Part shown: positions 1-8,639 of the stretch, piece after piece
How the letters are laid out: every line of letters begins with the position of its first letter
Position numbering within the stretch: position 1 is the first letter of the stretch
Origin: Candidatus Fokinia solitaria
GTDB taxonomy: Bacteria > Pseudomonadota > Alphaproteobacteria > Rickettsiales > Midichloriaceae
Assembly: GCF_003072485.1 (NCBI RefSeq)
Contig: NZ_CP025989.1
Span: 60,001-92,000 of the forward strand
DNA length: 32,000 nt
Direction: 5' to 3'
Notes under the pieces: generated by a model
The model's input: only the letters and a program-made list of their open reading frames with translations
What the model was told of the DNA's origin: nothing
Databases searched by the model: none
Made by a program: the position numbers and the translations under genes

Positions 1-1032
1 GTGCACTTCAAAAAGTCCGATTTGATTTGATACATGTTCTTCACCGAAGAAGGTATCACTCATAAAGCCTATTCTAAATCTGCTAATTCCATATGAAGCA
101 CCTAGATACATACTGCTTTCATCTCCCTTTAGTGATTCTGCAATATTATCGAATAAAGCGCCAGCAAGGGATAATTGTGCGCCCATGTATCCTATTTTCA
201 TACCATATATCATACTGCTACAACGATTGTTACTTCTCTCTAAATATGCGTTTTCTCCACCACACCAAGTGGCAAAATCTACGTTTTTAAATTTACCGCA
301 ATAAGAGACGATGGCACGTATGTTATCTCTGTACTGTTGTGGCGTTATACTTGCTGTATGCGGAAGGATTGATGTTTTTCCTAGATATTCGCTTGTATTC
401 GGTACATAAGTAACGCCAACGGTAAAATCGTTATAGCATCCTACGAGACTGACTTTATTAGCAAATAACTGATTATTCTCGTATAGTGGTTGTTCACCAA
501 GAAATGAAGAATATGGCTTTATGTTAGCGATGTTTTTAGTATCCGCGTCATCAGTGCTTAAACTCTGTTGTAGTAATGCAATAGGGATATATCTCATAGT
601 ATGAGTACGAAATCCTATCAATTGATACTCTAGTGGATTGATGCTTTTATCCGTTTTCATGCTTAATACTAACTTTTGGTATGTGCCAGGAGTAATGTCG
701 TGCTTTAAAATACCGTATACATTCTGCAGTATAGGCATACCATTCATTACTTCACTCCATGAGGTATATATTGCCCCTTCTACGCCTATGATGTACTTTA
801 AGTAATCTGAAATTCTCTTTTTATATTTTAGCTCTCCTGTTAGAATAAGGTTATTACCGTATGTAACATCGTTACCACTTTGTTCGCTTAATGTATTCCA
901 CATCTCAAATCCCATTTTCGAAGAAAACACGCCTTTTGTAGTATTTTCCTCGTTGTTGCTATACGCATTGGAGTATGATGTAGATGTACAAAATAGATAA
1001 AATGCATATAATGCACCAATATATTTGTACAT
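1..1032 (-). CDS. Putative outer-membrane beta-barrel / porin-like protein. The N-terminus is at 1032 and the C-terminus runs off the window start (partial).
   Basis: Not in the ORF track because it is open to the window edge. I checked every frame-1 plus-strand triplet from 1 to 1032 and found no TTA, CTA or TCA, so 344 codons are open on the minus strand. ATG is at 1032-1030, with an in-frame stop immediately upstream (1033-1035). The N-terminus MYKYIGALYAFYLFCTSTSYSNA looks like a signal peptide. The remainder is rich in alternating aromatic/polar stretches (SMYLGASYGISRFRIGFM, DFTVGVTYVP) typical of beta-barrel strands. Confidence 0.5.
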   Translation of the reverse strand, partial: MYKYIGALYAFYLFCTSTSYSNAYSNNEENTTKGVFSSKMGFEMWNTLSEQSGNDVTYGNNLILTGELKYKKRISDYLKYIIGVEGAIYTSWSEVMNGMPILQNVYGILKHDITPGTYQKLVLSMKTDKSINPLEYQLIGFRTHTMRYIPIALLQQSLSTDDADTKNIANIKPYSSFLGEQPLYENNQLFANKVSLVGCYNDFTVGVTYVPNTSEYLGKTSILPHTASITPQQYRDNIRAIVSYCGKFKNVDFATWCGGENAYLERSNNRCSSMIYGMKIGYMGAQLSLAGALFDNIAESLKGDESSMYLGASYGISRFRIGFMSDTFFGEEHVSNQIGLFEVH

Positions 1033-1110
1033 TCAGAGCGCAGATGTTTATTTATAAAAAGTAATTAACTATAATTTTTCAGGGTAGCAATAGAATATTT
1101 TTAATATAGC

Positions 1111-2811
1111 GTGATTAATAGAAACCAAAACACCGATACTCCTATCAAAAATGCATTAAGTGCAATACGCACGATGGTGTGGTATGCGATTCTTACAAGT
1201 AGTGCTTCTGCTGCTTTAAGTGTGTGGATCTCGTTTTTTAGTTTAAATGTGTTAGATAAAGCTATACCTAGTGGCAATCTCGATACTTTAGGCGCTTTTA
1301 CATTTCTAGTAATAGTCGCTTATCTTGTAAACAGTGCAATTACCGGTGGTAGAGCTTTCGTAATGAGTAAGATCTCTTCATGGTTTGAGTATAAGATTGC
1401 AGATGCAGTACTTCATAATGCGATAAAGACTTCACTCGTTGCAAAGAGTAATGCTGGTAGCCAAAGTATCAGAGATTTACAAACTCTTTGTAACTACATT
1501 GCATCAAATGCACCAGTGATGCTTATAGATGCACCTTGGTCGCTTGTATTTACTATAATACTTTTCCTCATACACCCTATGATGGGCACTTTGGCACTCA
1601 TAGGATCTATCGCGATAATTATAGTAGGTGTCGTGAATGAGAGATATACGAAGAAACTTGTGGAAAAGCATAATGAAAATTTTATCGCAAGTATGAAATA
1701 TGTAGATAATCTCACTAGAGGCGCAGAGGTGCTTGAATCTATGGGAATGTCAAGAAGAGGTGTAGAAATATGGCATAAGATTAATCTGAAAGTGAACGAA
1801 TCGAGGATAGATAATAGCAAAAGACAAGCTTTTGCCACAGAATTCAGCAAACTTGTACGTGGTATATTACAGGTGTTTACGACTTTAACAGGTGCTTATC
1901 TTGTAATTAAAGGCGAAATAACATCAGGTGCTATGATTACTGGCTCAACGTTGGTTAGTAAAGCGTTAGAACCATGGGGAAATGCATTAAATGCGGTGAA
2001 AAATGTGCTTAATGTGAAAAAAGCTTACGAAAGACTAAATAGTGGATTTAGAAGCTTTGTTCATGATGAGGAATTGATGCAAATGCCCGCTACTGAAGGA
2101 GTAGTTTCTATAGAAAATGTGTATTACGCACCGCATGGTAGTAATACGTACTTCATAAAGGCGATTAACATGCATATGAAGCCAGGACAAGTTTGCGCTT
2201 TGATTGGTCCTAGTGGCTCAGGAAAATCTACTCTTCTTTCGATCATTGCTGGCGCTAAAGAACCTGGACTTGGAATAGTAAGGATAGACGGTAGTGATAG
2301 AAAAAATCTTCGAAAAGAGGATTTAGGAAGTTCTATAGGATACTTACCTCAAGATGTACAGTTGCTTTCCGGTACTGTTAAAATGAATATCTCGAGGCTT
2401 GATGCTGATGCAAATTATGAAGATATCATACAAGCGGCACAGATAGTAGGTGCACATGAAATGATTACTCGTCTCCCTAATGGTTATGATACTGATGTTG
2501 GAGTGGATGGTAGTAATCTTTCTGGCGGACAGAAACAAGCAATAGGATTGGCGCGTGCATTCTATAAAATGCCTCAGATCGTATTGTTAGATGAAGCCGA
2601 AGCAAGTCTTGATGATTCAAGCAGGGTGAATCTTGTAACAGCTATAGAAGTACTAAAGGAACAAAAAGCTACCGTTGTACTTGTGACGCACAACCCTATG
2701 ATGCTTCAACTTGCTGATACTGTAGTGGTAATGAGAAGTGGCGAAATAGTGATGTCAGGACCTTATGCGGAAGTGACTAAAGCTCTGCAGCAAAAGCAGA
2801 AGATTCAGTAG
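1111..2811 (+). CDS. Type I secretion system ABC transporter (permease/ATPase), PrtD/AprD/HasD-like class without an N-terminal C39 or CLD domain
   Basis: 566-aa ORF with a GTG start. The hydrophobic transmembrane domain begins at about residue 20. The C-terminal NBD has Walker A GPSGSGKST, ABC signature LSGGQKQ and Walker B IVLLDEA. It ends 19 nt before a HlyD-family gene. Confidence 0.85.
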   Translation: MINRNQNTDTPIKNALSAIRTMVWYAILTSSASAALSVWISFFSLNVLDKAIPSGNLDTLGAFTFLVIVAYLVNSAITGGRAFVMSKISSWFEYKIADAVLHNAIKTSLVAKSNAGSQSIRDLQTLCNYIASNAPVMLIDAPWSLVFTIILFLIHPMMGTLALIGSIAIIIVGVVNERYTKKLVEKHNENFIASMKYVDNLTRGAEVLESMGMSRRGVEIWHKINLKVNESRIDNSKRQAFATEFSKLVRGILQVFTTLTGAYLVIKGEITSGAMITGSTLVSKALEPWGNALNAVKNVLNVKKAYERLNSGFRSFVHDEELMQMPATEGVVSIENVYYAPHGSNTYFIKAINMHMKPGQVCALIGPSGSGKSTLLSIIAGAKEPGLGIVRIDGSDRKNLRKEDLGSSIGYLPQDVQLLSGTVKMNISRLDADANYEDIIQAAQIVGAHEMITRLPNGYDTDVGVDGSNLSGGQKQAIGLARAFYKMPQIVLLDEAEASLDDSSRVNLVTAIEVLKEQKATVVLVTHNPMMLQLADTVVVMRSGEIVMSGPYAEVTKALQQKQKIQ

Positions 2812-2830
2812 TTATAATTACAATTTTCCT

Positions 2831-4447
2831 ATGAAGTATATGAAAAGATTTTTAAACTGGTTTTCGAGAAAATTCAGTACTTTTACCTCGTTTCTTGGTT
2901 ATAAGAAGCGAAAGAATGAAAGTGAGATAAAAGATGTTTCTCTTAGTAAAGAGGATGCAAATTCTAATGATGTAAAAAGTGCTCAGATTCAGCATCTTTT
3001 ATCACAGTTCTTACAGAGTGAACATAAATGTAAGAAAACTCTCAAAGATGGATGGAAGCTTATCCAATCATCTATTTGTGAAATTGTAGCTTTCCTTAAA
3101 GGTGAAGGTGGCGCAATTCCTGCGCTTCAGGAAAAAATAGACCAAAGTTTAAAAAGTGCTGTCAAAAAACCGATAAAGTTTGTAATGCTAGCATTGGCAA
3201 CGTTTTTTGTAATATTCATACTATGGGCAGGATTTGCCCCTATAGATAGTGCGGTAATTGCTAGAGGAGTATTAGTTTTAGAAAATAATAGAAAAAGCAT
3301 ACAACATCTAGAAGGAGGAGTCATAAAAACAATATTTGTCAAAGACGGGGATATAGTAAAGAAAGGCGATCCGATAATACAGCTGGAGGGCGCGAGTGTT
3401 GTATCAGATATGCAAGCAACTCTTTCTACTTTGAGATTTCACATAGCTACTGAAATACGTTTACTTGCTGAGCTGAATAAATATAAGACACTCAATTTTA
3501 ATAGTCCTGAGCTTGATCCTAGTGATCCAGAAGTGAAGGATATTATCGCTACTCAAATTCGAGTTTTTAATGCAAGAAAAGAAGATATGCAGGAAAAACT
3601 TGCACTTTTCGCAAGCGAAAAGAAAAGAAAATTAGATGAACTGAAAGAATATGAAAAACAGCTTGAAGTTAGCTCTAAGACTCTAAAGCTAGAAGAGCAG
3701 AAACTACAAGATGTAGAGAAATTGTCAGAATCTAAAATATTGTCAAAATTTCAGTTAAGCGATACACAAAGGATATATAATGAACATCTGAATGTAGTGA
3801 GTAAGCTGCGTGGCGCAGTTGCTGTGACTCAAGAAGAAGTGAAAAATAGCGATGTAAGAGTGGCAAGTTATTTAAAAGATACAGTCTCTAAAATCTCCGA
3901 TGAATATAAACAGAATCATCTCGAGCTTTTGCAGTTAAGAAGCAGATATCTGCAAGCTTTGGATCGTTATCAGAGATTGATTATTAGAGCGCCAGAAAGT
4001 GGCTTGGTTACTGGTCTTAGATATCATACCGAAGGCGGAGTGATATCTCATGCAGATAATACTATTGCAAGTATTATTAATCCTAATGACGATATAATCG
4101 TAGAAGCTTATATAATGCCGCAGGACTTAATTAGAGTGCAAGAAGGAATGAAGGCTAAAGTGCAACTTGAAGCAGAGAAGCAGCGTCTAGTACCTAAATT
4201 ACCTGCAGAAATCTTCTATGTTTCAGCAGATAGACAAGAGAGACCTCAGACTTCTCAGACCCTTCCTCCTGAATTCTATTTGGTGAAATTAAGAATACTT
4301 GGTGAAAAAGTAGAGTTCTTAGGTAGTGAAGTTGAGCTAAGGCCAGGAAAACCTGTCAGTGTGTACATAAGTAAAGGTGCAACTACCATGGCGAAGTACT
4401 TCCTTGGCGCTATATTGGATAGCATGAATAGAGCTATTGTAAGGTAA
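2831..4447 (+). CDS. Type I secretion membrane fusion protein, HlyD/AprE family
   Basis: 538-aa ORF with a single TM helix (FVMLALATFFVIFILWAGF, about residues 117-135). This is followed by the HlyD-type segment APIDSAVIARGVLVLENNRKSIQHLEGGVIKTIFVKDGDIVKKGDPIIQLE, a long K/E/L-rich coiled-coil region and a C-terminal beta domain. It lies immediately downstream of the T1SS ABC gene. Confidence 0.85.
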   Translation: MKYMKRFLNWFSRKFSTFTSFLGYKKRKNESEIKDVSLSKEDANSNDVKSAQIQHLLSQFLQSEHKCKKTLKDGWKLIQSSICEIVAFLKGEGGAIPALQEKIDQSLKSAVKKPIKFVMLALATFFVIFILWAGFAPIDSAVIARGVLVLENNRKSIQHLEGGVIKTIFVKDGDIVKKGDPIIQLEGASVVSDMQATLSTLRFHIATEIRLLAELNKYKTLNFNSPELDPSDPEVKDIIATQIRVFNARKEDMQEKLALFASEKKRKLDELKEYEKQLEVSSKTLKLEEQKLQDVEKLSESKILSKFQLSDTQRIYNEHLNVVSKLRGAVAVTQEEVKNSDVRVASYLKDTVSKISDEYKQNHLELLQLRSRYLQALDRYQRLIIRAPESGLVTGLRYHTEGGVISHADNTIASIINPNDDIIVEAYIMPQDLIRVQEGMKAKVQLEAEKQRLVPKLPAEIFYVSADRQERPQTSQTLPPEFYLVKLRILGEKVEFLGSEVELRPGKPVSVYISKGATTMAKYFLGAILDSMNRAIVR

Positions 4448-4465
4448 TTAGAAAGCTATTCGTGG

Positions 4466-4502
4466 AAGTTTTCTGTTAGCAACGTTGCACTTCAGAAAAC
4501 TT
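4466..4502 (+). terminator. Inverted repeat / possible terminator after the T1SS operon
   Basis: aagttttctg (4466-4475) pairs perfectly with cagaaaactt (4493-4502). The loop contains the palindrome gcaacgttgc. A T-run (cttttt) follows only about 10 nt later, so this is not a textbook intrinsic terminator. Confidence 0.35.
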
Positions 4503-4862
4503 TCATCGTACTTTTTAGTAACGTTCTACAAGATTTAAGATAGAGGCCAATATGTGTAATATGAGTGCTATTGGTGCGAAGTAGCAGTTTAGCACGTTGA
4601 GGAATTGCGCTAAAAAAATCGTAACGCTATTGAGAGTTATGAAATAATCAAAGTTTACAATAAAACATATTGTTTATCTCAAAATGATTATTTTTTTTAT
4701 TTCGAGCTAAAAGATCGTAAATAGATATGTACGTATGTTGTTTTTGAATTTAGTGTTTGTGAGAAATAAAAAATATTGCCTTATTTATTACATGATATGC
4801 TAGTATATTGCATCGAGTTGTGCTACCCTTACGGAGGTATTTTATAAGCTAGTAACAGATTT

Positions 4863-5729
4863 ATGTCACATTCTTCCAATCTCGATTTGCACAGATTATT
4901 TGATGAATTTATTAGAAAATTGGAACTCAGTGTGAATTATGACGAAGATGGTGTTGATTTTTGGTATGCAAGAAAATTGCAAGAAATTCTTGAATATAAA
5001 GAATGGCTACTTTTTCAAGAGGTAATAAAAAAAGCAGCGTATGCTGCTTGTAGTGCTGGTATGGCAGTTGAGAAGAATTTCCAGGAAATCTTTACTGATA
5101 TTGAAGGTAAGAAGGAAAGTGATTATCGACTTACGAGATATGCATGCTACATGATAGCGCAAAATGCGGATGCTGGTAATAAGGCGATCGCTTTAGCACA
5201 AACTTACTTTGCTACATTAGTGAGAAAACAAGAGATAGAGCAAGAAAGAGAACAAGAAATAGAGCGTAGAGTGGAATTAAGAGAAATGTCAAAAAAAGAG
5301 AATAAGAAATTGACCAAAGCCGCAAAAAATGCAGGAGTCAGAAATTATGGAGCGTTTCAAAATGCAGGCTATCGAGGTCTATATAATGGTAAAACGTCAT
5401 CGGATATTGCGAAGTATAAAAAGTTACCTGAAAGTGCTACTATTCTCGATCATATGGGCAGTGAAGAACTTGGAGCAAATCTTTTTAGAATAACGCAAGC
5501 TACAGGCAAAATACAAAGAGAGAAGGTAAAAGGAGAGTCAGCAGCAAATAAGATTAATTATGACGCAGGATTGCTTGTTAGAGACACGATCGAAAAAATG
5601 GGAAATACTATGCCAGAAGATTTACCTACTGCAGAAAATATAAAAAAAATAGCGCAGCAGAAGAAGAAATTGCAAAAAGCTAATGATAAAGATTTTAAAA
5701 AAGTAGAAAAGAAAGAGCAGAGAAGCTAA
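4863..5729 (+). CDS. dinD: DNA-damage-inducible protein D (DinD) family protein
   Basis: 288-aa ORF. The N-terminal half has the DinD-family pattern GVDFWYARKLQEILEYKEW...RLTRYACYMIAQNADAGNKAIALAQTYFATLVRKQE. This matches my memory of E. coli-type DinD (LTRYACYLIAQNGD...AQTYFA). The C-terminal half is lysine-rich and low complexity. Confidence 0.7.
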   Translation: MSHSSNLDLHRLFDEFIRKLELSVNYDEDGVDFWYARKLQEILEYKEWLLFQEVIKKAAYAACSAGMAVEKNFQEIFTDIEGKKESDYRLTRYACYMIAQNADAGNKAIALAQTYFATLVRKQEIEQEREQEIERRVELREMSKKENKKLTKAAKNAGVRNYGAFQNAGYRGLYNGKTSSDIAKYKKLPESATILDHMGSEELGANLFRITQATGKIQREKVKGESAANKINYDAGLLVRDTIEKMGNTMPEDLPTAENIKKIAQQKKKLQKANDKDFKKVEKKEQRS

Positions 5730-6411
5730 ATGAAAATCAGGTAATTGAAGAAAGGTATATATGGATAGTGTTTTGGCTTATTATGCAAGATTTGATAGCT
5801 TTCACATTAGCATTCGGATTTTGAAAATAGATCATGTAGCGCTTTGTAGAGTTGCTACAGCAGTGTATTTAGTTTTGCTTTGCGCTGGTTTTATAGTTTT
5901 GTTATGGTTTTAAAAGTGAAATAAGCATGTTCATCACAAGATAGCAGTAGTTTTCATCGAGTAATGTTAATTAGATATGTTTTTTACTGATAACGTAGAA
6001 TATCAGGACTTACGAATTAGTTTTTACTATATTACATTTTGTGTCAGAGTTAGCATTAATCATTTTCGTATATCATTCACGTATTTAGCGCTTAAAATCC
6101 TCGAATAGTGCTGAAGTTTCTGCTAGAAAACGTTAAAGAGGCAAGTAGAAGAAATCGTACCTCTACTCTACATAAAATTGCCTCGAGACACCACGCAACA
6201 TACAAATATACTTATGAATACATGCGCAAAACTCTGCTTGTACTTCTTTCCTGTAATGAATCCTCAGTTGACGTTTTGAAAGAATAGCATCTCAAGATGC
6301 AAGAGTAAAAAGCATACCATTCAAACAGCGATCGCATACAGAATTGAAAAAGCTGAACTTCTTTAAATTTTTGATATGCTACTAAGAATGATGCGATTCT
6401 ATAAGATTTTT

Positions 6412-6717
6412 CTACCAACTTGCTTTTCTTACGCCAGGTAATAGTCCTTTAGTTGCCAAATCTCTAAGACATATTCTTGAGAGCATAAAATGTCTATATA
6501 CTCCTCTTCCTCTGCCAGTAATTGCACAGCGTACACGCACTCTAGTATTACTGCCATCTCTAGGCATAGAGTTCAATTTTATTTGCGCTTTGAATCTTTC
6601 TTCGACAGATCTGTTGGTATCTCTAACAATGTCTTTTAACTCTTTTCTTGCTGAAGAATACTTAGCGACCATTTTCTTACGCTTCTCATTTCTTGCTATC
6701 ACGCTTTGCTTTGCCAT
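6412..6717 (-). CDS. rpsN: 30S ribosomal protein S14 (long, non-zinc C-minus form)
   Basis: 101 aa: [20 protein letters not shown]...[43 protein letters not shown]. The S14 C-terminal signature ends in KASW, and there is no CxxC pair. Confidence 0.93.
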   Translation of the reverse strand: MAKQSVIARNEKRKKMVAKYSSARKELKDIVRDTNRSVEERFKAQIKLNSMPRDGSNTRVRVRCAITGRGRGVYRHFMLSRICLRDLATKGLLPGVRKASW

Positions 6718-6881
6718 TAGTTAGAAACCTACTTTACCTTATTATCTACCGTAGAATGATAGCAAAAAACATGCGAAAAACTAGTAAAATTTTACTCTTA
6801 TGAGAAAATCACAAAAACCTTCAGTGAGAACTATGAAAAGTTCATCGCCGAAGGTGTAATGCAGAGTGTTAATTTAATCTC

Positions 6882-8639
6882 TTAGCTAGTTTGACCGCTA
6901 CATTTTATTGAAACAGGGACGACCTTTAGTACGTTATTTTCATCAAATCCTGCGATTTTCAATGTTAGATTTGCCCCTATCATAGCAGTTGTATCGAAGT
7001 CTTTTGTATCACCTAGTATATCCTGCATATTAGCTATATCGATATGTACGGAGAACTCTCCTGCTACTTCCGCTTCTAATGAAGAAGTTCTAACTTTTGT
7101 AACTACGCCATTCACTGATTCTTGTTTTTGTAGTGATTCAATAACGGTATTGATCTCCTCTCTTTCTTTGCCTATTGCTCTAATGCTACACGTAATCTTT
7201 TCCTGTTGTGCATCTGTTTTTAAAACGAGACACTTCAACTTCATATCAGCAGTATAGTTCTTAATCTTTTCCTGTGCATTTTTCCACGCTATTTCCAATA
7301 TTGGCACGAGTAGTATAAGAGATGTATTTTGCTCAGGCACGACAAAAAGACCAAATTCTTCAGATACATTCTTTACAACGACATTCAAAATAGTACCTAC
7401 AGGAGTTTGCGCTATGAAATCCACCCAAGGATTTGGTTCGCACTGTTTTTTACTAAGGCTTATTTTTCTTTCTTCAATATTAAATTCTAAGATCATCACC
7501 TCTATTACGTCTCCTACCTGTATCGTTTTATTTGCTGTCATGACTTTCTGCGTCCAGCTAATCTCTGAAGAGTGTACTAATCCACAGATACCGAGTGTAG
7601 GTTCTATATCTACAAATACGCCATAATTTACTATTCTTGTAACAACGCCTTTATGTTTTGTTCTAACCTGATATTTGTCTTTGACATCGTACCAAGGATT
7701 TTTTTGCATCTGCTTTAATCCTAACGATATCCTCTTAGTATTTGGATCATAACTTATAATCATTGCCTCTATCTCTTGTCCTACATCTAATACTGCAGAT
7801 GGATGTGGTACTTTTTGCCATGAGATATCGGTAATATATAGAAGACCATCAACGGGACCAAGATCGATGAAAGCACCATAATCGGTGACATTTTTCACGA
7901 CACCTTTCACGACAGAGCCTACTTGAATACTTTTTAAGTATTCGTCGCGATACTCATTTCTCGTTTCTTCTATGCATGCTCTTCTTGAGACTACAAGATT
8001 ACCGTGCGTATCATCCATCTTAATTATCTTTACTAGTATTTCATCTTCTAGTAATACCTCCTCTTTAATAGGTCTAACATCGACTTGGCTACCAGGTAAG
8101 AAAGCTATCAAATCACCAAATTCATCAATTTGACTAGATTTATCTTCAACAATAGTACCTAGCAGTTTCACTGCGAAGCCGCCCTTTACCTTGCCTATTA
8201 CCAGACCTCTAACAGCTGATTGAGAATTAAACGACTCTTCTATCTTTTTCCAACCATCTGCTAGCATCGCTTTTTCTCTACTAAGGAGAGTGAGTCCTCC
8301 TACTTTTCCTCCATCTATATTTTCGACATACACATGTACTTGATGTCCTATCTTTAACTCAGAAGCGTTTTTGAACTCTGAAAGCAATACTCTGCCTTCA
8401 CTTTTTCCACCGATGTCTATCGTAGCACACTCTTTATCTAAGCCTACTACTACTCCATTAGCGAAACCACCTTGCAGAGAGGACGAAGTGGATTCTCCGA
8501 GTAATTCTTCGAAATCCTCATTAATTTGGATATCGAATTCGTTATTTTGATTCTTCTTATTATGAGAAGGATTGTTGTCGTGCATACGAAAGATTTCTTT
8601 GTTAACAGAAATGCAGCTACTTCGTGAGGCGAAACTCAA
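6882..8639 (-). CDS. rpsA: 30S ribosomal protein S1
   Basis: 585-aa maximal ORF containing repeated S1 (OB-fold) domains, for example GVVKNVTDYGAFIDLGPVDGLLYITDISW, GVVTRIVNYGVFVDIEP..GLVHSSEISW and VVVGLDKECATIDIGGKSEGRV. It lies directly downstream of cmk, the conserved cmk-rpsA order. The true start may be the internal ATG at 8585 (MHDNNPSH...), because 8639 abuts the cmk stop. Confidence 0.92.
   Translation of the reverse strand: MSFASRSSCISVNKEIFRMHDNNPSHNKKNQNNEFDIQINEDFEELLGESTSSSLQGGFANGVVVGLDKECATIDIGGKSEGRVLLSEFKNASELKIGHQVHVYVENIDGGKVGGLTLLSREKAMLADGWKKIEESFNSQSAVRGLVIGKVKGGFAVKLLGTIVEDKSSQIDEFGDLIAFLPGSQVDVRPIKEEVLLEDEILVKIIKMDDTHGNLVVSRRACIEETRNEYRDEYLKSIQVGSVVKGVVKNVTDYGAFIDLGPVDGLLYITDISWQKVPHPSAVLDVGQEIEAMIISYDPNTKRISLGLKQMQKNPWYDVKDKYQVRTKHKGVVTRIVNYGVFVDIEPTLGICGLVHSSEISWTQKVMTANKTIQVGDVIEVMILEFNIEERKISLSKKQCEPNPWVDFIAQTPVGTILNVVVKNVSEEFGLFVVPEQNTSLILLVPILEIAWKNAQEKIKNYTADMKLKCLVLKTDAQQEKITCSIRAIGKEREEINTVIESLQKQESVNGVVTKVRTSSLEAEVAGEFSVHIDIANMQDILGDTKDFDTTAMIGANLTLKIAGFDENNVLKVVPVSIKCSGQTS

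Noticed and set aside
6212-6418. A 68-aa ORF that overlaps the rpsN stop.
   Set aside because: It has no recognisable features and its start lies within the rpsN 3' end. It is probably a chance ORF in non-coding DNA.
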